A stretch of 64,000 nucleotides of DNA. Origin: Candidatus Dojkabacteria bacterium (lineage in GTDB: Bacteria; Patescibacteriota; Dojkabacteria; J137). The notes beneath the pieces were generated by a model. It did not search any database. It was not told where the DNA came from and was given only the letters and a program-made list of their open reading frames with translations. A program made the position numbers and the translations under genes. Of this stretch, positions 50,724 to 58,764 are shown piece by piece. Positions within the stretch are counted from its first letter, which is position 1. Every line of letters starts with the position of its first letter. The stretch covers positions 18,218-82,217 of the forward strand of contig JBDTVZ010000001.1 of assembly GCA_040006935.1 (NCBI GenBank), written 5' to 3'.

Positions 50724-51158
50724 ATGTTACTTCAAATTGATAAAGCTTTTACCCGTTTTGCTTATAAACTAGGGGTTGAATCTGCATATATTGCTGCGAA
50801 AGGGAAAAAGAACGCTCTGGAATCCTCAAATGATTTACCTATCTCAATGGCAGTTCTTGTAGATAAATGCAATAGTTTCAATCAACTCCCAGCAAACAGA
50901 GCAATTTACTTTATAGCTTTATTAGAGCAGCTCCAAAAACAAAACTATAGTGGATTTATTATTTCCAGTGAGAATTATAATTACTTTTTATCAAACTCTA
51001 ATAGCCCTTATCTTTCCAAAGATATTCAAATACTAAATAACTGGAAAAGCATAGATACGGAGACAGTCACTAAAGCCTATATTAGGACTTTAATGACTGT
51101 TAAATACGGCGAGAATCATCATGGAAGAGAGTTCCGAGTTGTTATATCAGAGTCTTAA
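50724..51158 (+). CDS. hypothetical protein
   Basis: 144-aa ORF. Confidence 0.5.
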   Translation: MLLQIDKAFTRFAYKLGVESAYIAAKGKKNALESSNDLPISMAVLVDKCNSFNQLPANRAIYFIALLEQLQKQNYSGFIISSENYNYFLSNSNSPYLSKDIQILNNWKSIDTETVTKAYIRTLMTVKYGENHHGREFRVVISES

Positions 51159-51164
51159 GAGTAA

Positions 51165-51587
51165 TTACTTAATTGCTATCTTTTTAGGCATTATTTCAGG
51201 TTGTTTTGGAAGTTTAAGAGTCAATACTCCACTGTCCAGAGTAGCTTCAACACTATCTGTGTCCACTTTCCCAGGAAGGGCCACACTTCTTTTAAAACTA
51301 CCTTCTCTGTATTCTTGCATTACAAAATTATTTTCTTCTGTATTTGATTTCTCGCTCATTTTTCCCTCCAAAATAAGCATATTTTCTTGAAAAGCAATTT
51401 CAATATTTTCCTTTGTATAACCTGGAACTTGTGCAGTAACTTCAAATCTATCTGGAAGGTCTTTAATATTCACGCTTATGGATGATCCTAGATTCGGCAT
51501 TCCAACGTCACTTATAAAGTTTGACATAGAATCTTCAAAAACTCTAAACATCTCCGATGGTCTTACTAATGTTATTTTTCTAGTCAT
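51165..51587 (-). CDS. Hsp20/alpha-crystallin small heat-shock protein
   Basis: 140 aa; an alpha-crystallin domain pattern F.R...LP..VD...V.A....GVL.L..PK. Confidence 0.85.
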   Translation of the reverse strand: MTRKITLVRPSEMFRVFEDSMSNFISDVGMPNLGSSISVNIKDLPDRFEVTAQVPGYTKENIEIAFQENMLILEGKMSEKSNTEENNFVMQEYREGSFKRSVALPGKVDTDSVEATLDSGVLTLKLPKQPEIMPKKIAIK

Positions 51588-51702
51588 AAATTTATTTTTA
51601 ATAAATATTTGGCAGACTCTTATTTACTCTGCTAATAGTATTTTATTACCTAAGTAGTTTTTCTGTCAAGAATTAGTATAATTACTTAATAATATTTAGT
51701 AA

Positions 51703-52110
51703 ATGACCATGGCAGAACTAAAAACAAAAGCTACAACTGTAAGCGTAGCTGACTTTATAAATTCAATAGAAGATGAAATAAAAAAGAATGATTGTAAAGA
51801 AATCTTAAAAATGATGGCAGAAGTTACAGGTGATAAAGGTAAAATGTGGGGATCAAGCATAGTTGGATTTGTTGATGTACATTTAAAATACGAAAGTGGA
51901 AGAGAGCTAGACTGGTTTAAAATTGGATTTTCTCCTAGAAAACAGAACCTGACTCTTTATGGTTTATTAAACAACTTAGGTGACTCTTCAAATTTGCTAG
52001 ATAAACTAGGAAAATACACAACAAGTAAAGGATGTTTATACATCAAAAAACTTTCGGAAGTAAATAAAGATATCTTAAAAGAAATCATAAAGAAGGCTTT
52101 AACAGTATAG
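51703..52110 (+). CDS. DUF1801/YdhG-like protein
   Basis: 135 aa; weak resemblance only. Confidence 0.45.
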   Translation: MTMAELKTKATTVSVADFINSIEDEIKKNDCKEILKMMAEVTGDKGKMWGSSIVGFVDVHLKYESGRELDWFKIGFSPRKQNLTLYGLLNNLGDSSNLLDKLGKYTTSKGCLYIKKLSEVNKDILKEIIKKALTV

Positions 52111-52200
52111 CTTTATAAGAATTAAATGTTTTACTAATTTGTTATAATAATTTCCTAAAAATATCTAGTCATAATTTTTACGATGTGACATAATTGTCAC

Positions 52201-53220
52201 ATGGACAAAAATGAACAAAAAAATATCAAATATTTCCAGTTAGCTTCTATAATATTTAGTATTATCTTTTTCATATTAGTTTTTCAAGCAATTTACCCGC
52301 ACTACATATTTGGTGTTTGTGACTATACTCGGTGGTTGACAATTCCGATGGTTCTTTTTGCCATACTAAGTTTCTTAACATTTTTACCTAACTTTATTAT
52401 CCGATTTAAACAAAGATCACAAACTAAATTATTTTTAGTTAATCTAATCTTCATTTTGCTTACAGTTTCTATACTGTTTATTTCAATTTTAAGTAACCTT
52501 TGTGGTGGTTCTACAGGTATAACTGGAGCCACTGGTTTAAACGGGACAATTGGAGTATCAGGGAATATTGGTGGAACGGGTGAACAAGGAAAACCAGGAT
52601 CAACTGGATCAAAAGGGATTTCTGGGCAAACTGGTACCCAGGGTAACTCCGGTGAAGCAGGTGCAGTTGGAGCTGGTGGAACACCTGGATCTGTAGGATC
52701 TACTGGAAGCAATGGGATACCCGGAACAAACGGTTTAGTTGGAGGTTTAGGGTTACAAGGGCCACCAGGTCCACAGGGAGATCCAGGAGCTGCTGGTACT
52801 CCAGGAACAAGTGCTAATATTAACTATGGGTACATTTATAATACTGGTGCCCAATCAGTAGCAATTGATGCTCCTATTCTTTTCAGCTCGTCCGGACCAA
52901 TGGTTGGAGTCACACATACTGCTGGAACATCTACAATTACTATTACTAATGCTGGAGTATATTCAATTAATTTTTCAGTATCAGGGGCAGAAGCTAATCA
53001 ATTTACTGTATATATAAATGGCACACCATCTCCTACAACTACTTATGGCTCAGCAGCTGGTATCCAACAGAATAATGGACAAGCAATTCTTATACTCGGT
53101 GCTGGTGATGTTTTAACTGTTGTAAATCATTCTTCTGCAGCTGCTGTAACTCTTACAGCTCTAGTTGGAGGGACACAATCAACAGTAAGTGCTTCAGTAC
53201 TTATTAGACGATTAGATTAA
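52201..53220 (+). CDS. collagen-like triple-helix repeat protein with a BclA/C1q-like C-terminal domain
   Basis: 339 aa; three N-terminal TM helices, ~100 residues of G-X-Y repeats (GATGLNGTIGVSGNIGGTGEQGKPGSTG...GPPGPQGDPGAAGTPG), then a ~130-aa beta-rich domain (ITITNAGVYSINFSVS...TVYINGTP...AILILGAGDVLTVVN) typical of BclA/TNF-like trimerisation domains. Confidence 0.8.
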   Translation: MDKNEQKNIKYFQLASIIFSIIFFILVFQAIYPHYIFGVCDYTRWLTIPMVLFAILSFLTFLPNFIIRFKQRSQTKLFLVNLIFILLTVSILFISILSNLCGGSTGITGATGLNGTIGVSGNIGGTGEQGKPGSTGSKGISGQTGTQGNSGEAGAVGAGGTPGSVGSTGSNGIPGTNGLVGGLGLQGPPGPQGDPGAAGTPGTSANINYGYIYNTGAQSVAIDAPILFSSSGPMVGVTHTAGTSTITITNAGVYSINFSVSGAEANQFTVYINGTPSPTTTYGSAAGIQQNNGQAILILGAGDVLTVVNHSSAAAVTLTALVGGTQSTVSASVLIRRLD

Positions 53221-53630
53221 GGTATAGGTTTAGTATACTTTTCAATTGCTACTTCTAAATGTTTCTTAATCCAAGGTTGTAGCTCTTCTTTCGCAAGATC
53301 TTGGAAAGCAACCCATTTATAACCTTCATGTTCATAAGATAATTTAACCTCACCGCTCTTATAGTCAAGAATATAAAAAAGTGCTAAAGCTGGCTCACCT
53401 TTTCTCTCAAAAATTGTATTCGACATTAAAGCAGAGTTTTCAACTTCCAAGCCAGTTTCCTCTTGAACTTCTCTTAAAACAGCATCGTCAGGAAGCTCAT
53501 TATCATCAACTAAACCACCCGGTAAATCCCAGGTTAAAGGAAAAGTAGGAGCAGTGGACCCACGTTTAACAAGAAGGATTTTGCCTTCTTTTAAAATTAA
53601 AGCTTTTACACCAAGTAGAAATTTGTTCAT
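53217..53630 (-). CDS. Nudix hydrolase
   Basis: 137 aa; Nudix box GGLVDDNELPDDAVLREVQEETGL. Confidence 0.85.
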   Translation of the reverse strand: MNKFLLGVKALILKEGKILLVKRGSTAPTFPLTWDLPGGLVDDNELPDDAVLREVQEETGLEVENSALMSNTIFERKGEPALALFYILDYKSGEVKLSYEHEGYKWVAFQDLAKEELQPWIKKHLEVAIEKYTKPIP

Positions 53631-53646
53631 AAATATATATAAATAA

Positions 53647-54217
53647 TTATTTACTAATCTTCTTTATCATCCCCTCTATTTTTGGTAATAGATCAGTGTC
53701 TATAAATTTGATTAATTCAGATCCTTTATCCGGTGAATTCGATACGTCTATTGTGCAGGCATATTTAATACCATATTCAGCACCCGGAGGAAGTTTAGAT
53801 AGGTAATCTGCTAATTCAGACTCCTTAAGTGTGATAACTTCTACAGGTCGATCTAAGTGGGAGAGCTCAATTAGAATTTTATAACCTGGTAAATCTTTAA
53901 AAAACCTTGCCAAAAATCGTGTTGGAGTCTTCAGTTCAGTCTTTGAAGGTATAAATATTTGATCATGAAGAATTAACCCTTTCAGATTATTTAATCCTAA
54001 AGATATATCCTCCAGTGTATTTATTAGTTTATCCTTAGTAGGTGCAAATGTGGATCCTAACAATACTTCTTCATATAGCCCCCCCAAAGTGAAACTGTGC
54101 CCGATCTTCTACTGTATTAATTACCATATTTAGCCCCGGAGAGAGAGTAACAGATAGCGTATCCTTGCCTAGACTGCCGATTTTTTCAATTATAGGAGTA
54201 AATAATGTTGGGTTCAT
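53647..54217 (-). CDS. hypothetical protein interrupted by a frameshift in a C7/G7 homopolymer
   Basis: A 49-aa ORF from the ATG at 54217 (MNPTLFTPIIEKIG...AQFHFGGAI*) and the 146-aa ORF 53647-54087 (which starts at TTG) are joined into one ~194-aa reading frame by removing one C from the C7 run at 54079-54085. Confidence 0.5.
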
Positions 54218-54241
54218 AATTTAGAGTTAAAATTTATATAT

Positions 54242-54592
54242 TTAGTAAGTTAACATTTTATTAATCAATCCAGACAGCATCTTCCCTATTATAACTAATG
54301 AACTATAAATATTGCTATACTCGATTTCGTTTATTTTATCTTCGATCTTTAGAAGCTTTATTATTGCTACACATTCCTGCGTGGAACCACGAGCTATTAT
54401 ATAAAAGTTCTTCTTATCTTTACTACTATATTTACCAGCTCCCTCTGCAATATTTAACAAAATACTTGAAGACGCACGATATAACTGGTCTCTTAGGCTA
54501 TTATGTATCAATCTATTTTTTAGAAAAGGTTGTAGAGAAGTTATTAAGTCTTCAGTTTTCAAATACACAGGAAATTTTTCGAAATCAAACAT
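54242..54592 (-). CDS. four-helix-bundle protein (TIGR02436 / bAvd-like), second copy
   Basis: 116 aa; LNIAEGAGKYSSKDKKNFYIIARGSTQEC family signature. Confidence 0.8.
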   Translation of the reverse strand: MFDFEKFPVYLKTEDLITSLQPFLKNRLIHNSLRDQLYRASSSILLNIAEGAGKYSSKDKKNFYIIARGSTQECVAIIKLLKIEDKINEIEYSNIYSSLVIIGKMLSGLINKMLTY

Positions 54593-54725
54593 TACTATTA
54601 TGGTAAATGTTTGATTATAGCAAAAAGAGAAATCTTGAAAAAGAAATTCCTAAATTCTTAATCTTTGCCTTTATCTTAATTCTTAGAATTTAGATAAAGA
54701 ATTGAGTATTAGAATTAAGAAGAAT

Positions 54726-54969
54726 AGCAGGTAGGGGGAATCGAACCCCCCTCATCAGTTTGCCTGCCCGCCTAAGGTAAAGTCAGGTTGCAATAAAGAA
54801 TGTGAATACAGCGGGTAGAGGGAATCGAACCCTCCTCTTCAGTTTGGAAAACTGACATAATAACCGATATACTATACCCGCTGTATTCACACTAATTATT
54901 TTTAATACCAGTTAAGTTTACTATGGCAGGCGGGGGAAACTGGCATAATAACCGATATACTATACCTGC
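54726..54969 (-). tRNA. tRNA-Gly(CCC)-like gene split in the anticodon loop: 5' exon 54969-54934, 173-nt insert 54933-54761, 3' exon 54760-54726 (minus strand)
   Basis: Minus-strand halves: GCAGGTA-TA-GTAT-ATCGGTTA-TTAT-G-CCAGT-TTCCC | insert | AA-ACTGA-TGAG-GGGGG-TTCGATT-CCCCC-TACCTGC. The acceptor pairs perfectly (GCAGGTA/TACCTGC). The discriminator is U. The T-arm is canonical. The anticodon stem has a C27.A43 mismatch. Confidence 0.5.
54810..54881 (-). tRNA. tRNA-Gly(UCC), complete, inside the insert of the split tRNA
   Basis: Minus strand GCGGGTA-TA-GTAT-ATCGGTTA-TTAT-G-TCAGT-TTTCCAA-ACTGA-AGAG-GAGGG-TTCGATT-CCCTC-TACCCGC-T. The anticodon is UCC and the discriminator is U73, as expected for Gly. 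The D-arm is identical to that of the outer tRNA. Leader TGTGAATACA and trailer TGTATTCACA form a perfect 10-bp extension of the acceptor helix. Confidence 0.8.
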
Positions 54970-55588
54970 ATTAATTACTCCACAATTATAGCAAGTAACT
55001 CAAAATTTTCAAGAATAACAATAATGGCTATGCTACTCATAAACCGACATTTTGAAAAGGCCGTGCCACCTCCTATTCAGTTTTCCGTCAAACTTTAGCG
55101 ACACATCGAATTATCGTTACCAGGTAAGCACTTAGATGTATTCTGATGATTGACAAAAGTATATTTCTGTTATATAATTAAATAGTTAAAAATCAATTAC
55201 AGATCGCGTGTTTACAAGACGGGATGGTCAAGGGAAAGTACGTGAGTCCCAAAACAACCACAAAACTCCCCAACCCTAGTTAATAGTTAAAAATTAATAG
55301 TTAAAAGAAGGAAATATCTTCTTGTTCAATTTCAATAAATGGTTATTAATAGTGCACTTAACTCTTCACTATTAAATCTTAACTATTTATGGGCATTGAA
55401 CCATCTTATTTTCGTAAGAATTTAAGACTCATGCTTAATTCTACTTTATTGTAGAAGAACCTTAAAAACTCAAAAGAAGAAATTCTTTTGGGTTTCGTGA
55501 TTAACAATACACATGCTAACGCTGTGTGTTAATTGCAAAAACCCAATAGAAAGCTTAATAATTCGATTTAACTCTAGTTTACAACTGG

Positions 55589-55625
55589 ACGCATATTGCC
55601 TATAAAATTTGTAGGTAATATGCGT
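55589..55625. promoter_or_regulatory. 37-bp near-perfect palindrome upstream of the island ORF (candidate operator)
   Basis: ACGCATATTGCCTA-TAAAATTT-GTAGGTAATATGCGT: 9-bp perfect arms plus a 4/5 extension, about 80 nt upstream of the ATG at 55707. Confidence 0.35.
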
Positions 55626-55706
55626 ATTCAGTTGTAACTAGGGTGCACGTAGATGCAACTGAAGAAAGAAGTCCCGATACGCTAGGGCAATATAGGAGGG
55701 TCTTAA

Positions 55707-56696
55707 ATGACCGCAACTACAACAAGCCCTGTAACCCGGGCTTCCAATTCGGGTTGGTTCTGGATATATTTGATACTTTTTATGTTCGCTTGTATTGGTT
55801 TAAGCGGTCTCGCGCTACGATACACCAATGGCAACGGAGCAATCAAGAACAGTGCAGCAAGCGTAAGCTTGACAATGCAGCCACTGAACACTAACTACGG
55901 AGCCGGTGGTGTAAATGATTCACCAACGGCAACGCCTTATTGGCAACCTTCGACTATTTCGACGCAGACAGCAGTTCCAAACACATTGATTAACGACTCG
56001 ACATTCGGTTGGGTATATCAAAGTGATGTAACATGTATTCGCAATACATTTGAAGCAATGCATGTTACTCGCATCGTCAACATCGGACAGTCTGTCGGAA
56101 CTGACGGTTCGCCTTCACCAACCCTTGCTTTAATTGGCGTAATCAGCGAAGGCTCTTTTGTGTCTGAATTTGACAACACCAATGGACGGTCATTGACCTT
56201 TCGAGGTGGCGAGGAAGAACAAATCACTCCTACAAGTCCGACACAAATTATCCTCGTAATACTCAATCAAAATGTGGTCAATTTCGCAAATTTCTACTCA
56301 CAACCCTTGCAAGGGGTTGTTGCTGAAGGCGGAGTACCGCTGCTGTCTGTGGGTATAGAAATTAATCAAGGTCAAGGGAATGTTAGCGAAAATCTCTACT
56401 GGGGTAATTCTCTTATTGGTTACGTTAACGGACCTGTAACAATTGTACAGGATATTGGATCAGTATTCACCAACTACACTATGTCGGAGCTGGGCAATCA
56501 CTTGACTTTCAATGACTTTTCTCCTGATAACCTCAGAGGAATCGGTATACCTGTTGAAATGCTTGGAAATGACTGCTGGTCAATCAGCCTAGCTGTCACA
56601 GTCCCAACAAATCAAATACTCAGCTTTGGTGTGGGAACTTTTCAGTATCCACACTATACAGCTATCGCAGACTACCTGATGGTTCACAGCCAGTAA
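55707..56696 (+). CDS. membrane-anchored Ser/Thr/Gly/Asn-rich protein of foreign composition
   Basis: 329 aa; one N-terminal TM helix (WFWIYLILFMFACIGLSGLAL). Codon and amino-acid usage are clearly different from neighbours: GC about 45% against about 30%, and almost no Lys/Glu. No recognised domain. Confidence 0.7.
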   Translation: MTATTTSPVTRASNSGWFWIYLILFMFACIGLSGLALRYTNGNGAIKNSAASVSLTMQPLNTNYGAGGVNDSPTATPYWQPSTISTQTAVPNTLINDSTFGWVYQSDVTCIRNTFEAMHVTRIVNIGQSVGTDGSPSPTLALIGVISEGSFVSEFDNTNGRSLTFRGGEEEQITPTSPTQIILVILNQNVVNFANFYSQPLQGVVAEGGVPLLSVGIEINQGQGNVSENLYWGNSLIGYVNGPVTIVQDIGSVFTNYTMSELGNHLTFNDFSPDNLRGIGIPVEMLGNDCWSISLAVTVPTNQILSFGVGTFQYPHYTAIADYLMVHSQ

Positions 56697-56728
56697 ATCG
56701 CCATGTTAAGCTTCTATTGGCTCTTTGC

Positions 56729-56768
56729 CCCGACCCTCAAAAAGTCGGGGCAAATCCCTTTTTTTTCA
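56729..56768 (+). terminator. intrinsic terminator
   Basis: GCCCCGAC-cctcaaaaa-GTCGGGGC-aaatccc-TTTTTTTT, 30 nt after the island ORF stop. Confidence 0.75.
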
Positions 56769-56841
56769 GATCAAATTTAATAAGATAACACATTGTCTTA
56801 ATAAATTTGCTTTGTATACAAATTTATAGAACAATATATTT

Positions 56842-58764
56842 ATGTTTAGATACAGAATACTAACAACTCTCATACAAATCGCAGTACTTTCTCTAATTCT
56901 TTTTTTAGGGTTTACTAATCCAAATTATTCTACAAATTACTTTATTATTGGCTACATTTGGCTAATCCTATTCACTTTCCCAAGCTTACTTTCTAAAATT
57001 ATTTTTAATAAGTCTTATTTTAGTTTAACTTCCGCACTTTGCTTTCTTTATTATCCAATTACTTATCTATTTGTATTTTTTGTAGCAAAGGTCTTTGCAA
57101 TTGATATAAATATATTAATACTTACATTGAGTATATTAGTAGTTCTACTTTGGAACCTTGCATTAATTAGTATTACTTTTACTCAAAAGGCTCATGAAAC
57201 CAGGCAAATAATCACGTTTGCACTTGGAGTACTAATTTTGAGTGTAACGTTATTTGGATTTTTAACAATTGCAGGTAGGTCTGTAAATTCAGTAGTAGCA
57301 AACGATTACCTTGTACACAAAACAGTTGTCTTCCCCATGGCTAATAGCGCAGAAACACTTTGCTTTCTACCAAGCCAGTGTTCAAATTTATTTCTATTAG
57401 ATTCCTATACAAGCTTTTACCATACTTTCATAATAATTCCTCTTGGAGGATTTAAATTTGATCCTATAATCTCAAGTTATATCTTAGACATTGTTTTTTC
57501 ATCTTTTATTATAATTTTAAGCTACATAACAGCCAGAAAGTTTGGCCTAAAAGTCAATTATGCAATTTTTGCAGGATTAATTTCACTAGTGGTTTTCGAT
57601 TCTGGAGCATTTACCGCCACAATATTCATTCCTCAAACTATGGCCTTTATGCTTACATTGTTTATTATTAACTCTCAAAAGCTAAATTTAAAATCACTCC
57701 TAATATCACTTATAGTGCTAATTCCAATACATTTTATAATGGGAATTTATTGTTTTGGAATTATGCTGCTTTACTATTTAATTGTAGAAAAAGAAATTTT
57801 AGAAAAATTTGAAATTAGAAAAAGATTACTAATAATACTGTCACTTTCAGCTACTTTATTAGTTTTATTGCTCAGTATTTCAGGCTTTGGAATAGAAAAG
57901 ATCTTTCAAGCAGAAGAAATTAAAAAACTTGGGTTTGCTACAAACTACTACTTTCCTGACAATTTAAAATTTCTATTCGAAATGGTCGGTTTAGGGAGTT
58001 TTATTTTTATAGCATGTCTTATTTATTACTATATCAAGGGAAAAGAAGATAAATATAATAATTTCCTAATAACAATAATTACTTGTGAACTGGTAGCATT
58101 TTTACTTGCACCAATATATGCAAATAAGTTTTTAATTGGCATTGGTGTATTTTTAGCAATTTTTATAATCAAAATTATTGCTAACCTAAAACAAAATGAA
58201 ATTAATAAATTATTTTATTGTTTTTATACCCTAATTTTAATCGCAATAAGTTTTGTTACACAATATAGATTCTTTCTTCTATTTTATACTCAGAGTAATG
58301 GTGAAACTTCGGCAATAGTTCAGAAAGACTTACCTATGGTTAACTTTGTAAAAAATAGCAAATTAAATTGCTTTTATGTTTCAGACCCACAAACACAACT
58401 CACAATCAGTGCTTTAGGCGATAAAATAACAGCAAGTGGGCACTATATGAGCTTAGACTCTCGAAGAGTATTATTTGAATTAATAAAATCTCCAAACGAT
58501 TTAAGGCTAAGTAAATTATATTCATTAGAAGAGTTCAAAGGAGTACGAACAGATATCTGCTTTGTTTACTCTGCAAGGTTAAAGGAATACGTAGCAAATG
58601 ATAACCAAAACTGGACGTTTAATATCTACAACTATATTGTAGATTATCAAAGAGAGATTGACCCAACAGACAATATTGAGAGGTATATGGTAAGTAAAAA
58701 TATCCACAGTGTCTACAATGACAAATACTATTCAATATACTTACTTCCTAAAAGTAGTAACTAA
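56842..58764 (+). CDS. polytopic membrane protein, probably a GT-C-type (ArnT/PMT-like) glycosyltransferase or polymerase
   Basis: 640 aa; at least 12 TM helices then a soluble C-terminal domain; next to GT4, GT2 (polyprenyl-phosphate sugar synthase-like) and a flippase. Confidence 0.55.
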   Translation: MFRYRILTTLIQIAVLSLILFLGFTNPNYSTNYFIIGYIWLILFTFPSLLSKIIFNKSYFSLTSALCFLYYPITYLFVFFVAKVFAIDINILILTLSILVVLLWNLALISITFTQKAHETRQIITFALGVLILSVTLFGFLTIAGRSVNSVVANDYLVHKTVVFPMANSAETLCFLPSQCSNLFLLDSYTSFYHTFIIIPLGGFKFDPIISSYILDIVFSSFIIILSYITARKFGLKVNYAIFAGLISLVVFDSGAFTATIFIPQTMAFMLTLFIINSQKLNLKSLLISLIVLIPIHFIMGIYCFGIMLLYYLIVEKEILEKFEIRKRLLIILSLSATLLVLLLSISGFGIEKIFQAEEIKKLGFATNYYFPDNLKFLFEMVGLGSFIFIACLIYYYIKGKEDKYNNFLITIITCELVAFLLAPIYANKFLIGIGVFLAIFIIKIIANLKQNEINKLFYCFYTLILIAISFVTQYRFFLLFYTQSNGETSAIVQKDLPMVNFVKNSKLNCFYVSDPQTQLTISALGDKITASGHYMSLDSRRVLFELIKSPNDLRLSKLYSLEEFKGVRTDICFVYSARLKEYVANDNQNWTFNIYNYIVDYQREIDPTDNIERYMVSKNIHSVYNDKYYSIYLLPKSSN

